Assembly: GCA_040755995.1 (NCBI GenBank)
Contig: JBFMAF010000041.1
Coordinates: 78,248 to 142,247, forward strand
Length of the DNA stretch: 64,000 nucleotides
Reading direction: 5' to 3'
Source of the DNA: Acidobacteriota bacterium
GTDB lineage: Bacteria > Acidobacteriota > CAIWXX01
Shown: positions 39,147 through 49,080 of the stretch, in pieces
Position numbering within the stretch: position 1 is the stretch's first letter
Layout of the letters: each line of letters begins with the position of its first letter
Made by a program: the position numbers and the translations under genes
The notes under the pieces: model-generated
Databases searched by the model: none
What the model was told of the DNA's origin: nothing
The model's input: only the letters and a program-made list of their open reading frames with translations

Positions 39147-39782
39147 ATGGAAGAGCCACGGCCTGCGCGCATCCGGGCGGTCTGCGGCCTGGGTAACCCA
39201 GGGCCGGAGTACGAGCTCACTCGTCACAACATTGGCTTCATGGTCGCCCGCCGCCTGGCGGCCGAGATCGGGGCCCGGCTGACGCGCAAGGAATGCCAGT
39301 CGCACAGCACGCATCTGGTGCGCGTATGGGGGGGCGATGTCCTCGTGTTTACACCCATGACATTCATGAATCTTAGCGGCGAGGCGGTCCGCGCGATGTC
39401 GCGCAAGTACGGGTTCGATCCCGCCGAGCTGATCGTTGTGCACGACGACGCGGACCTCCCATTCGGTCAACTGCGCATCCGCGCGCGAGGCGGGAGCGCC
39501 GGGCACCGCGGCATCGTATCGATCATCGATGCCCTGGGAGCCGACCGGTTCGCCCGCCTGCGCCTTGGGGTTGCCAATCCGAATCGCGACCGCAATCTGC
39601 GCGATTTCGTCCTGGACGAGTTCGACACGGGCGAAGTGTCGGAATTGGAGCGGTTCCAGAGCGCCGCATTGGAGGCGCTGCGTGTGGTAATCACCGAGGG
39701 TCTCACCACGGCGATGAACCGCTTCAACAGGAAAGCGCCCAAGCGACTCACAACCGAGCCACCCCCCGCCGCGACGGAATGA
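39147..39782 (+). CDS. pth: Peptidyl-tRNA hydrolase
   Basis: GLGNPGPEY..TRHNIGF, TFMNLSG, VHDD, GSAGHRG. Confidence 0.96.
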   Translation: MEEPRPARIRAVCGLGNPGPEYELTRHNIGFMVARRLAAEIGARLTRKECQSHSTHLVRVWGGDVLVFTPMTFMNLSGEAVRAMSRKYGFDPAELIVVHDDADLPFGQLRIRARGGSAGHRGIVSIIDALGADRFARLRLGVANPNRDRNLRDFVLDEFDTGEVSELERFQSAALEALRVVITEGLTTAMNRFNRKAPKRLTTEPPPAATE

Positions 39783-39850
39783 CGAGCCTTGTTTTTCCGC
39801 TCCGGCGGTTGATATAATCCGCGGCGGAGCAGAGGACGTTCTCGCCTCGT

Positions 39851-39905
39851 GACTCCTTGCTCCGAGCCGACACAGGGCCGGGGCTTGACAGCCATAAGGA
39901 GGTCT
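39851..39905 (+). promoter_or_regulatory. S6:S18-binding rpsF leader RNA
   Basis: CTCCTT pairs with the AAGGAG RBS, inner GCTCCG/CGGGGC hairpin, unpaired CCA motif; extended -10 TGATATAAT at 39810-39818. Confidence 0.75.
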
Positions 39906-40328
39906 ATGAGACAGTACGAAGTCGTGTTCATTCTGGCGCCGCACCTTTCGGAAGAGGAGGCGGATGCAATGGCTCTCGCCATGCAGCGGACCGCCGAGAA
40001 GAAGGGTGCCACATTCACGAAGGTGGACAAGTGGGGGAAGCGCCGCCTGGCCTACAACATCGAGAAGCAGAGGGAAGGATACTATTTCCTGTTCGCCATC
40101 GACACGAATCCCGATGCGATCAACGAACTCGAGCGGAAGTTCAAGCAGACCGACGAAGTGATTCGCTTCATGACGGTCCGGACGGACCTCGAGCAGAAGG
40201 CTCTGGCCAAGCGTCTCAGCCTGCGCCAGCGGGATGAGGCGAAGAAGGCGGAGAAACGTGGAACAGCGCAGCCATCGGCCGAGACGCGGGATCGCGAGAG
40301 CTCCGGCATGAGTGGCGGCGAGGAGTAG
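39906..40328 (+). CDS. rpsF: 30S ribosomal protein S6
   Basis: [25 protein letters not shown]. Confidence 0.96.
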   Translation: MRQYEVVFILAPHLSEEEADAMALAMQRTAEKKGATFTKVDKWGKRRLAYNIEKQREGYYFLFAIDTNPDAINELERKFKQTDEVIRFMTVRTDLEQKALAKRLSLRQRDEAKKAEKRGTAQPSAETRDRESSGMSGGEE

Positions 40329-40342
40329 GAGGAGTACAAGAG

Positions 40343-40609
40343 ATGCCGATGGGAAGACGATACGCGAAGGACGGCCCACAGACGGGGAAGCGGACGTTTG
40401 GGCGCCGGAGAAAGGTCTGCAAGTTCTGCGTCGAGAAGATCGATTTCATCGATTACAAGGACATCAAGCTGATCGGCTCGTACGTCCCGGAGCGCGCCAA
40501 GATCCTGCCGCGCCGCATCTCCGGCACCTGCGCTCCGCACCAGCGCGAGCTGCAGAAGGCTATCAAGCGGGCCCGCCATCTGGCCCTGCTCCCGTTCGTC
40601 GGCGAGTAG
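40343..40609 (+). CDS. rpsR: 30S ribosomal protein S18 (Zn-binding type)
   Basis: [25 protein letters not shown]. Confidence 0.97.
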   Translation: MPMGRRYAKDGPQTGKRTFGRRRKVCKFCVEKIDFIDYKDIKLIGSYVPERAKILPRRISGTCAPHQRELQKAIKRARHLALLPFVGE

Positions 40610-40646
40610 GCGCCGCGGGCGGAATCAATCGAACAGGAGGAGTGCC

Positions 40647-41105
40647 GTGGAGGTCATTCTCGTCGAGGATGTGGAGAAGCTGGGACGCAAGGGCGACGTC
40701 ATCAAGGTAGCCGAAGGCTACGGGCGCAACTTCCTGGTCCCCAAGAAGCTCGCGATCCAGGTGACCCCGTCCAATCTGAAGCAGATAGAAGACGCCAAGA
40801 AGAAGATCGCCAAGAGGCTTTCGAAGGAGCTGGAGGACGCGCGCAAACAGGCCGCCCTGCTCTCCGAGCTCATGCCCGTTTTCGAGCGCAAGATCAGCGA
40901 AAAGGGCCAGCTCTATGGGTCCGTCACGACTCAGGAGATCGCGGACTTCATCAAGTCAAAGGGATTCGACATCGACAAGAAGCGAATCCGCCTGGACGAG
41001 CCCATTCGCCAGCTCGGTGAACATCCAGTCCAGATCAAGCTGCATCCCGAGGTAACCGCGGAGGTTCGGGTCTCTGTGGTGCAGGCGGAGGAAGGCGGCG
41101 CTTAG
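40647..41105 (+). CDS. rplI: 50S ribosomal protein L9
   Basis: VAEGYGRNFLVP, LYGSVT, KLHPEV. Confidence 0.97.
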   Translation: MEVILVEDVEKLGRKGDVIKVAEGYGRNFLVPKKLAIQVTPSNLKQIEDAKKKIAKRLSKELEDARKQAALLSELMPVFERKISEKGQLYGSVTTQEIADFIKSKGFDIDKKRIRLDEPIRQLGEHPVQIKLHPEVTAEVRVSVVQAEEGGA

Positions 41106-41108
41106 GCG

Positions 41109-41143
41109 GTGGAGAGTGGAGAGTAGAGAGTAGAGAGTGGGAG
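41109..41143. repeat. Heptamer array (GTRGAGA)x5
   Basis: GTGGAGA GTGGAGA GTAGAGA GTAGAGA GTGGGAG just after the rplI stop. Confidence 0.8.
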
Positions 41144-41198
41144 CGCGGTCGACGCAGCCTCGCATGCTTCATCGCCGTGAGGCCGCGCTTGGCCAGTC

Positions 41199-42542
41199 AT
41201 GAGCACGACGCCATACGCGGTGCAGGCGGCCCTGCCGCAGAATCTCGACGCGGAGAAGTCCGTGCTCGGCGCGCTGATTCTCGACAACTCTCATTTCAGC
41301 ACCGTTGTCGAAATCCTGACGCCCGACGACTTTCTACTCGATGCGCACCAGCGCATCTTCCGCGCGATCATCGGGATGCTGGACCGCAACCAGCCGGTGG
41401 ACCTGGTGACGCTGGCCGAGGAGTTGAGGAAGGAGCGCTCGCTGGACAGGGTGGGGAGCGCCACCTATCTCGCCGGCCTTCTCGACGGCATCCCCAAGGT
41501 GATCAACGCCGTGCACTATGCCCGCCTGGTCAAAGAGAAGTCGGTGATGCGGAGCCTGATGCAGGTGGGCCAGCGGATGCGCGACGGCGCGGCGCAGGGA
41601 GACCGGACGGCGGAGGAGCTGGTCGAGGAATCCGTCAGCACGCTGTTCCAGATATCGGAGGGGCGCGCGGCGAGCGGGTTTCTATCGCTGGGCGACATCA
41701 TGCACTCCACCTACGGCGACGTCGAGAGCCTCTATGCGCACGAGAAGAGCGTCTCCGGTATCCGCACCGGCTACGAGAAGCTGGACGAGATCACCCTCGG
41801 GCTTCACCGCGCGAACCTGATCGTGATCGCAGCGCGCCCTTCGGTCGGCAAGACGGCCTTCTGCCTGAACGTGGCCGAGCACAGCGCCATCAACGATCGG
41901 AAGACGGTGGCGATATTCTCGCTGGAGATGTCGCGCGGTGAGCTCGCCCTTCGCCTGCTCTGCGCAAACGCTCAAGTCGACCTCAGGCGATTGCGGCGCG
42001 AGGCGATCGAGGAGACGGACATGGCGCGCCTCTCTATGGCCTTTGCCGCCCTCGCAGACGCACCGATCTTCATCGATGACTCACCCACGATCACGGTGAC
42101 CGAGATGCGGGCCAGAAGCCGCCGGCTGAAGATGGAGCGCGGGCTGGATCTCTTGATCATCGACTACCTGCAGCTGGTCTCCGTGCGCGGGCGGTACGAC
42201 AACCGCAACCAGGAGGTCTCCGCCATCACGCGGTCTCTGAAGGCGCTGGCCAAGGAGCTGGATATCCCGCTCGTCTGCGTGTCTCAGCTGTCGCGCGCGC
42301 CCGAGAGCCGCAAGGATCACCGCCCGCAGCTGTCGGATCTGCGCGAAAGCGGTGCGATCGAGCAGGACGCCGACCTGGTATGCTTCCTCTACAAGCCGGA
42401 AGAAAAGGAAAGGGCGGACGAAGGGGTGATCGAGCTGATGGTCAGCAAGAACCGCAACGGCCCCGCAGGCCAGCCCGTCGACCTCGTCTTCATCCCTCAA
42501 TTCACGAAGTTCGTCAGCTATGGTCTTGACTACCGTTTCTGA
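41199..42542 (+). CDS. dnaB: Replicative DNA helicase
   Basis: AARPSVGKT, FSLEMS, IDYLQL, LSDLRESGAIEQDAD, KNRNGP; no intein. Confidence 0.97.
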   Translation: MSTTPYAVQAALPQNLDAEKSVLGALILDNSHFSTVVEILTPDDFLLDAHQRIFRAIIGMLDRNQPVDLVTLAEELRKERSLDRVGSATYLAGLLDGIPKVINAVHYARLVKEKSVMRSLMQVGQRMRDGAAQGDRTAEELVEESVSTLFQISEGRAASGFLSLGDIMHSTYGDVESLYAHEKSVSGIRTGYEKLDEITLGLHRANLIVIAARPSVGKTAFCLNVAEHSAINDRKTVAIFSLEMSRGELALRLLCANAQVDLRRLRREAIEETDMARLSMAFAALADAPIFIDDSPTITVTEMRARSRRLKMERGLDLLIIDYLQLVSVRGRYDNRNQEVSAITRSLKALAKELDIPLVCVSQLSRAPESRKDHRPQLSDLRESGAIEQDADLVCFLYKPEEKERADEGVIELMVSKNRNGPAGQPVDLVFIPQFTKFVSYGLDYRF

Positions 42543-42587
42543 CAACTCATCCGGAGAGATCGCGCGCGTGCGGCTCGGAGGTGCACG

Positions 42588-43412
42588 GTGACTGTTCGAG
42601 AGCTCATGACGAAGCTCACCGACCCCGAGTACCTTCTCAAGCACAACATCCTCACCTTCGTCCTCAAGAAGCTGCTCCTCTTCACGGGGCAGCTGGGCGA
42701 GATGGTTTCGCTCGCGGGAAAGACCGCGAAATGGATGGTCCGCCCGCCGCTCGACCTCAGGCTCATCGTGAAGCAGATGGAGGAGGTGGGGTACAACTCC
42801 ATCCCCGTCGTCCTGATCACATCCATTTTCACCGGCATGGTTTTCGCGCTGAACAGCTTCGAAGGGTTCAAACGCTTCGGCGCAGAGAGCCTGACCGGCA
42901 CGGTCGTGGGGCTCGCGATCGTTCGCGAGCTGGCTCCGGTGTTGACCAGCCTGATGGTGGCGGGCCGGGCCGCTTCGGCGATGGCCGCCGAGATCGGGAC
43001 GATGAAGGTGACCGAGCAGATCGATGCCCTCTACACGCTCGCCACCGATCCCGTGAAGTACCTTGTGGCGCCGCGGGTACTGGCGGGGCTGATCATGGTG
43101 CCCACCCTGACCGCATGCGCCGACTTCTTCGGGATCGCCGGCGGCTACCTCGTCGCCGTGAGGCTGCTCGGGGCCAATCCCTACATCTACATCAACTCCA
43201 CCAAGAGCTTCCTGGAGAACAGCGACATCGTCGGAGGCCTGGTGAAGGCCGCGGTCTTCGGCCTGCTCCTCGCGCTCGTCGGCTGCTACAAGGGGCTCAC
43301 AACCGAAGGAGGAGCCGAAGGGGTGGGCCGATCAACCACCGGTGCCGTGGTGATCGCCTCGATGTGCGTTCTGATCACGGACTTCTTCCTTACCAGGATC
43401 CTGCTGGGCTGA
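42588..43412 (+). CDS. mlaE: MlaE-family ABC permease
   Basis: RELAPVLT, AEIGTMKVTEQIDAL, GGAEGVGRSTT. Confidence 0.92.
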   Translation: MTVRELMTKLTDPEYLLKHNILTFVLKKLLLFTGQLGEMVSLAGKTAKWMVRPPLDLRLIVKQMEEVGYNSIPVVLITSIFTGMVFALNSFEGFKRFGAESLTGTVVGLAIVRELAPVLTSLMVAGRAASAMAAEIGTMKVTEQIDALYTLATDPVKYLVAPRVLAGLIMVPTLTACADFFGIAGGYLVAVRLLGANPYIYINSTKSFLENSDIVGGLVKAAVFGLLLALVGCYKGLTTEGGAEGVGRSTTGAVVIASMCVLITDFFLTRILLG

Positions 43413-43415
43413 GTC

Positions 43416-44186
43416 GTGGCCGAAGACATGCTCATCCGAATCGCCGATGTGCACAAGGCCTTCGGCCCGAAGAAGGTACTGCAGGGGGTCGATCTGGACA
43501 TCCTGCGCGGCGAGACGATGGTGGTGATCGGGGGCAGCGGCACTGGCAAGAGCGTTCTTCTGAAGCACATCATCGGCCTGTTGACGCCCGACTCGGGCGA
43601 GGTCTACGTGGACGGGCAGGCCGTGACCACGCTCGACGAAAAGAACCTGAATCTCCTGAGGCGGCGGTTCGGGATGCTCTTCCAGGGGGCTGCTCTGTTC
43701 GACTCGATGAACGTCGAAGACAACGTCGGCTTCGCTTTGGCGCGGCACTCGCTGCTATCTCCGTCGGAAATCAAGGATCGCGTGGCGGAATGCCTCGACA
43801 TGGTCGGCATGCCGGGCATCCAGAAGCTTCGCCCATCGGAGCTATCGGGCGGCATGAAGAAACGCGTCGGGCTGGCCCGCGCCATCGCGCTTCAGCCCGA
43901 GATCATCCTGTACGACGAACCTACGACGGGTCTTGATCCTGTCATGGCCGATGTCATCAACAACCTGATCATTGAGATGCAGACCCGGCTCAAGGTGACT
44001 TCTATTGCCATCACGCACGACATGGTGAGCGCCTACAAGATCTCCAACCGGATCGCCATGCTGTATCAGGGGAAGATCGTGGAGATCGGCACGCCGGACG
44101 AAATCAAGAACACGCGGAACCCGGTGGTGTTGCAGTTCATCCGGGGGGAGTCCACGGGGTATCTCCACCAAGGAGGTTCGAATTGA
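43416..44186 (+). CDS. mlaF: MlaF-family ABC ATPase
   Basis: GGSGTGKS, FQGAALFDS, LSGGMKKRV, YDEPTTGLDP. Confidence 0.92.
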   Translation: MAEDMLIRIADVHKAFGPKKVLQGVDLDILRGETMVVIGGSGTGKSVLLKHIIGLLTPDSGEVYVDGQAVTTLDEKNLNLLRRRFGMLFQGAALFDSMNVEDNVGFALARHSLLSPSEIKDRVAECLDMVGMPGIQKLRPSELSGGMKKRVGLARAIALQPEIILYDEPTTGLDPVMADVINNLIIEMQTRLKVTSIAITHDMVSAYKISNRIAMLYQGKIVEIGTPDEIKNTRNPVVLQFIRGESTGYLHQGGSN

Positions 44187-45592
44187 GCAGCGAACTCAAG
44201 GTCGGCATTTTCACAGCGATCGCACTGGCCATTCTCGCGTACATGATCATCGTTACGGGATCGTGCGGCGACTGGCTCCGCAAGAAGGAAGGCCAGCGCG
44301 TCACGGCGCTGTTCGACAGCATCGCCGGCCTCGAGAAGAAGGCGGCCGTGCGCGTGGCGGGCGTGAGAGTCGGCGAAGTCTCCGACATCAAGCTCAATCC
44401 GAATGGAGTTGCGGAGGTCGCGCTGGTCATCTCCGAGAACGTCTACCTGCACCAGGATGCCACTGCGGCCGTGACTTCGTTGGGGCTGATGGGCGAGAAG
44501 TATGTGGAGGTGTTCCCGGGAACCGGAGCTTCGCCACACGTAGGAGACGGCGCGGTCATCGAGGGCAAAGAACCTCTGTCGATAGACCAGATGGGCTCTC
44601 AGATCGTCGCTATCTCGACAGACATTCGCCAGCTCACCTCCTCGCTGTCGACCGTCTTCGGGAGCGAGGAAGCCCGGGGGAAGATGCGGGAGATCATCGG
44701 CAACTTCGCGGAGTTCAGCGAACAGCTTCGCAACATGATCTCCGGAAACCGCGAGGGGCTCGGGCGGTTGCTCAAGGATACATCGGCGCTGCCGGCCGAG
44801 ATCCGGGGCGACCTTGAGCGCGTCAGCAACAAGCTCGACCAGCTCCTCACCACCCTCGACTCGACCGTGGCCGAGAACCGCGGGAGCTTGCGGTCCACAA
44901 CCACGGACATGGCGGTCGTGATGCGGCAGCTCGACGAGACCACGCAGCTCCTGAACGCCATTCTGAAGAAGGTAGACTCCGGAGACGGCACTATCGGCAA
45001 GCTGATCAACGAGCCGACCACTCACGACAAGCTCAACAACGTGCTCGATCAGATGGATCGAAGCCTCAAGGACGTCAGCTCCGCCGTCGGCCACCTGGGC
45101 ATGCCCAAGACCAAACTCGGCCTGCGTACCGAGTACTTGACCGACAGCGACAGGGCCAAGACTTATCTCTCGCTCGGCGTGAATCCGCAGGGAAAGCGAT
45201 ACTTCCTGTTGGAACTGGTCAACGACCCGACCAGGACCCGCAAGGAGACAACGACGCGGATTGTGCTGAACGGAGAGGAGACGGTGACGACGGAGAAACA
45301 GAAAGAGAGCTTCACAGTCACCGCGCAAGGGGGCATGCGATTCGGCCAGCTCGGAGTCAGAGCGGGGTTCACCGAGTCGACCGCGGGCCTCGGACTCGAC
45401 TACTCGCTCGGCAAGGACCGTTTGAAGCTCACGTTGGACGGTTACGATTTCGGCCGTGACGAACAGCCGCGTCTGAAAGCGGGCGCCAGGCTCGGAATCT
45501 ACAAGGACTTCTATCTTACCGTCGGTGGCGACGACCTGCTGCTCTCGGACAGAAAGCAGGTCTACGTTGGGGTTGGGGTCGGAGGGAAGTAG
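44183..45592 (+). CDS. mlaD: MCE/MlaD-family protein with a helical region and beta-rich C-terminus
   Basis: ELKVGIF, VRVAGVRVGEV, GLMGEKYVE, GDGTIGKLI. Confidence 0.88.
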   Translation: MSSELKVGIFTAIALAILAYMIIVTGSCGDWLRKKEGQRVTALFDSIAGLEKKAAVRVAGVRVGEVSDIKLNPNGVAEVALVISENVYLHQDATAAVTSLGLMGEKYVEVFPGTGASPHVGDGAVIEGKEPLSIDQMGSQIVAISTDIRQLTSSLSTVFGSEEARGKMREIIGNFAEFSEQLRNMISGNREGLGRLLKDTSALPAEIRGDLERVSNKLDQLLTTLDSTVAENRGSLRSTTTDMAVVMRQLDETTQLLNAILKKVDSGDGTIGKLINEPTTHDKLNNVLDQMDRSLKDVSSAVGHLGMPKTKLGLRTEYLTDSDRAKTYLSLGVNPQGKRYFLLELVNDPTRTRKETTTRIVLNGEETVTTEKQKESFTVTAQGGMRFGQLGVRAGFTESTAGLGLDYSLGKDRLKLTLDGYDFGRDEQPRLKAGARLGIYKDFYLTVGGDDLLLSDRKQVYVGVGVGGK

Positions 45593-45632
45593 ACGCGGTG
45601 ACCCCTGAGACAGTGGCAATCTCCATGGAATC

Positions 45633-45718
45633 GTGAACGTGGACGTCGATGTGAACGTGAACGGGTCTTCGTCTGGGGCACCGTCCACGTCTACGCTCAC
45701 GTTCACGTCCAGGATCAC
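45633..45718. repeat. Inverted hexamer arrays forming a long hairpin
   Basis: GTGAAC-type x5 ... GTTCAC-type x6. Confidence 0.8.
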
Positions 45719-45746
45719 GACCAGCAGTCAAGTCTGAGAGCGCTGC

Positions 45747-47114
45747 ATGAAAGACCGCATCGTCTTCGTCTGCGAGAGCTGCGGTGCCAGCTTTCCGAAG
45801 TGGATGGGGCGGTGCACATCCTGCAACGAATGGTCGTCGCTGGTCGAGTCGGTCGAGAGGGAGAAGAAGAAGCCGCCGGCCAGGACGCCGCACGATGCCG
45901 CAGTCTCGTACGCGGAGGTGGACGTTTCCCCCACTGATCGCCTGCAGACCGGGTTGCCCGAGGTGGACCGCCTGCTCGGCGGCGGTCTGGTCCCCGGTTC
46001 ACTCGTGTTGATCGGCGGCGATCCAGGGATAGGCAAGTCTACGCTGGTTCTACAGCTCGCAGACGGCCTTCAACGAGCCGGGCGGCGAGTGCTATACGTG
46101 TCGGGCGAGGAATCTGCGGCCCAGGTGAAGCTCCGAGGGCAACGGTTGGACGTTGCAGGTCAGGCTCTCTTCCTGCTCGCCGAGCGCGACCTCGATGGAA
46201 TCGAGGCCGAGATAGTGCGGCTCGATCCCAACGTGCTGATCGTCGATTCCATCCAGACCGTCCATGACCCCGCCATGATGTCCACACCCGGAAGCGTAGC
46301 GCAGGTGCGAGGGGCGACGACGCGCCTGCTGGCATCGGCCAAGAGCCGCGGAATGGCCTGCTTCATCATCGGCCACATCACCAAGGAGGGGGCGATTGCG
46401 GGGCCGAAGTCGCTCGAGCACATGGTCGACACCGTCATGTACTTCGAGGGCGACCGGCAGCATGCTAACCGCGTCCTGCGGGTACAGAAGAATCGTTTCG
46501 GTTCGGTGTCCGAGATCGCGCTGTTCACCATGGACGAGACAGGGCTCCGGCCTGTTCCCAATCCGTCCACCGCGCTGCTGAAGGAACGCCCGGCGGGCGC
46601 GAGCGGCAGTGTCGTGACATGTTGCGTGCAGGGCAGCCAGCCGTTGCTTGTCGAGGTCCAGGCTCTCGTCAGCAGCGGCTTCCCCGGAAACCCCAGGCGC
46701 ATGACCACCGGCGTGGATCACTCGCGAGTGGCCATGCTGCTGGCAGTCCTGGAGAAGCGTGTATCCTGCCAGCTGGCCAGCGAAGATGTATTCGTGAATG
46801 TGCCGGGCGGCCTGTACCTCGATGACCCCGGGATCGACCTCGCTGTGGTGGCAGCTGTCTGGAGCAGCGTGCGGCGCAGGCCCGTGCGGGCATCCACGGT
46901 TGTATTCGGGGAGGTGGGGCTGGCCGGGGAGGTGCGGGCCGTCACGGCCTGTGCCCGGCGAGTGGCTGAGGCGAGCGCGCACGGCTACCAGCGTATTCTG
47001 CTCCCCGCTGGCAACGTCGATGGGCTCGGCACGATCAAAGGGGCCGAGTTGCTCGGGTCAGCGTTCGTAAAGCAGGCGCTGGAGAATCTCTTAGAAACCA
47101 GGAACGAGCCCTGA
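45747..47114 (+). CDS. radA: DNA repair protein RadA/Sms
   Basis: C4 zinc finger, GDPGIGKSTL, KNRFG. Confidence 0.97.
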   Translation: MKDRIVFVCESCGASFPKWMGRCTSCNEWSSLVESVEREKKKPPARTPHDAAVSYAEVDVSPTDRLQTGLPEVDRLLGGGLVPGSLVLIGGDPGIGKSTLVLQLADGLQRAGRRVLYVSGEESAAQVKLRGQRLDVAGQALFLLAERDLDGIEAEIVRLDPNVLIVDSIQTVHDPAMMSTPGSVAQVRGATTRLLASAKSRGMACFIIGHITKEGAIAGPKSLEHMVDTVMYFEGDRQHANRVLRVQKNRFGSVSEIALFTMDETGLRPVPNPSTALLKERPAGASGSVVTCCVQGSQPLLVEVQALVSSGFPGNPRRMTTGVDHSRVAMLLAVLEKRVSCQLASEDVFVNVPGGLYLDDPGIDLAVVAAVWSSVRRRPVRASTVVFGEVGLAGEVRAVTACARRVAEASAHGYQRILLPAGNVDGLGTIKGAELLGSAFVKQALENLLETRNEP

Positions 47115-47188
47115 TAGAATTGAAAATGTGCATTCTTAGTTGGGGGTAGAATGGGGAATGCGCATTCATTGATGAATTGAGGAGTTTC

Positions 47189-48268
47189 ATGGCAATCTTA
47201 TTGCTTCGCGCATTCTTCCTTGCCTTGTTGGGAGCCGTGGGGTACTTCTACCATCCGGCCGAGCTCAACGCCTTCCCTCGTCTGGGTCCGATTCTCGGGG
47301 CCGTCCTCATGACCACGATGGGGCTCGTCGTGATCTTCGCCGAGTGGCATGTGCGCCGCAGCTCGTTCAAGACGATCTGGGGCGCGACACTCGGCACCTT
47401 CTTCGGCGTGCTGATCGCGGACGTGCTCATCCTGTCGATCGATCTGCTCCGCATCGACCCGATCACATCCAAGTTCCTGCACATCTTCTTCATGATCGTC
47501 CTCCCCTACACCGGCTTCATCGTCGGGTCGAAGAAGGCGGAGTGGTTCGATCCTGTGACGCTGCTCACGTTCTTCAAGGAGCGCAGCGCCGGACGCAGCT
47601 ACAAGATCCTCGACACCAGCGTGATCATCGACGGGCGCATCGCCGACATCTGCGAGACGGGCTTTATCGAGGGGACGTTGGTGGTACCCCAGTTCGTGCT
47701 CAAGGAGCTCCAGCAGGTGGCTGATTCGAGCGACTCTCAGAAGCGCGCCCGCGGGCGCCGCGGGCTGGACATCCTGCACAAGATCCAGAAGATGTCGGAC
47801 GTGATGGTACAGGTCTCCGAGCTCGACTTCCCCGACGTCCGCGACGTCGACATGAAGCTGATCGAGCTCGGAAAGCAGCTCGACGGCAAGCTCGTCACCA
47901 ACGACTTCAATCTCAACAAGGTGGCCCAGCTTCGCGGCGTCAAGGTTCTCAACATCAACGAGCTCGCCAACGCGATGAAGCCGGTCGTGCTCCCCGGCGA
48001 GGCCATGAAGGTGTTCATCCTGAAGGAGGGGAAAGAGCCGAATCAGGGCGTCGCCTACCTCGACGACGGCACGATGGTAGTGGTCGACAACGCCAAACGC
48101 TTCATCGGGAAGAACCTGGATATCGCAGTCACCTCCGTGCTGCAGACGACGGCCGGCAAGATGATCTTCGGACGCTTCAGCGAAGCCGAGGAGGATTACA
48201 GGCGCCGCCCGGCTCCGGCTCACCACGCCGAGGAGCGGGTCAATTCCAAGGGGTCTTCCTCGGGCTAG
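47189..48268 (+). CDS. PIN/TRAM domain membrane protein (YacL-like)
   Basis: LDTSVIIDGRI, RGRRGLDIL, TNDFNLNK, YLDDGTMVVV. Confidence 0.94.
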   Translation: MAILLLRAFFLALLGAVGYFYHPAELNAFPRLGPILGAVLMTTMGLVVIFAEWHVRRSSFKTIWGATLGTFFGVLIADVLILSIDLLRIDPITSKFLHIFFMIVLPYTGFIVGSKKAEWFDPVTLLTFFKERSAGRSYKILDTSVIIDGRIADICETGFIEGTLVVPQFVLKELQQVADSSDSQKRARGRRGLDILHKIQKMSDVMVQVSELDFPDVRDVDMKLIELGKQLDGKLVTNDFNLNKVAQLRGVKVLNINELANAMKPVVLPGEAMKVFILKEGKEPNQGVAYLDDGTMVVVDNAKRFIGKNLDIAVTSVLQTTAGKMIFGRFSEAEEDYRRRPAPAHHAEERVNSKGSSSG

Positions 48269-48383
48269 CGAGGCTGTGCCTCAGACCCTCCAGGCGTGTC
48301 ATGGTTGCCGCGGCGCAACATCACGTCGAGAGTGACAGCGCCCGGGCGTTCGAGGCCATACGGTTGACTCAGGAGCTCCACAA

Positions 48384-49076
48384 GTGAGACTGCATGCCAT
48401 CTTCCCTGCCGCCGGGCACGGGGTCCGCATGGGCAAAGCGGCCTCGCTGCCGAAAGCGCTCATCCCGCTCCACGGCATCCCGATGCTCATCAGGAGCCTT
48501 CGCGCCATCGAGGCCGCGGTGGTGGTTGACCAGGCCGTGGTGGCCGTTCCACCGGACCACGTCGACGCCGTGACGAGTGCACTTGCAGGGCAGTCGCGCG
48601 CGGCTTTGCTGTGCGTGCTTGGTGGAGCAACGCGCGAGGAATCCGTTCACAACGCCTTCCTTTCGCTGCAGGCCGCCCCGGAGGACCTCGTGATCATTCA
48701 CGACGCAGACCGGCCTCTGGTGGAGCCCGAGCTGGTCAAGCGAGTGGTCGACAGGGCGGCGGCCGAAGGCGCCGCGATCTGCGCTGTCGGGCTGACAGAT
48801 ACCTTGAAAGAGGTCGCCCAGGACGGGCACGTGATCCGCACACATCCTCGCGAGCGCTTCTACCTCGCCCAGACTCCACAGGTCTTCCGCCATGCCATCC
48901 TCGATCGAGCCTACAGCCTCCGGCGGCGCTTCGAGATTCCCGCAAGCGACGAGGCGGCGATCGTCGAGCAGGCCGGCTTCACCGTGCACGTCCTGAACGG
49001 CTCGCTTCGAAACATCAAAGTTACCTTTCCCCAGGACCTGGACATGGTGGATCGGTGGATCGGGACCGGAGCGTAG
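48384..49076 (+). CDS. ispD: 2-C-methyl-D-erythritol 4-phosphate cytidylyltransferase
   Basis: AAGHGVRMG, GGATREESV, IHDADRP, QTPQVF, NIKVTFPQD. Confidence 0.93.
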   Translation: MRLHAIFPAAGHGVRMGKAASLPKALIPLHGIPMLIRSLRAIEAAVVVDQAVVAVPPDHVDAVTSALAGQSRAALLCVLGGATREESVHNAFLSLQAAPEDLVIIHDADRPLVEPELVKRVVDRAAAEGAAICAVGLTDTLKEVAQDGHVIRTHPRERFYLAQTPQVFRHAILDRAYSLRRRFEIPASDEAAIVEQAGFTVHVLNGSLRNIKVTFPQDLDMVDRWIGTGA

Positions 49077-49080
49077 CGCG

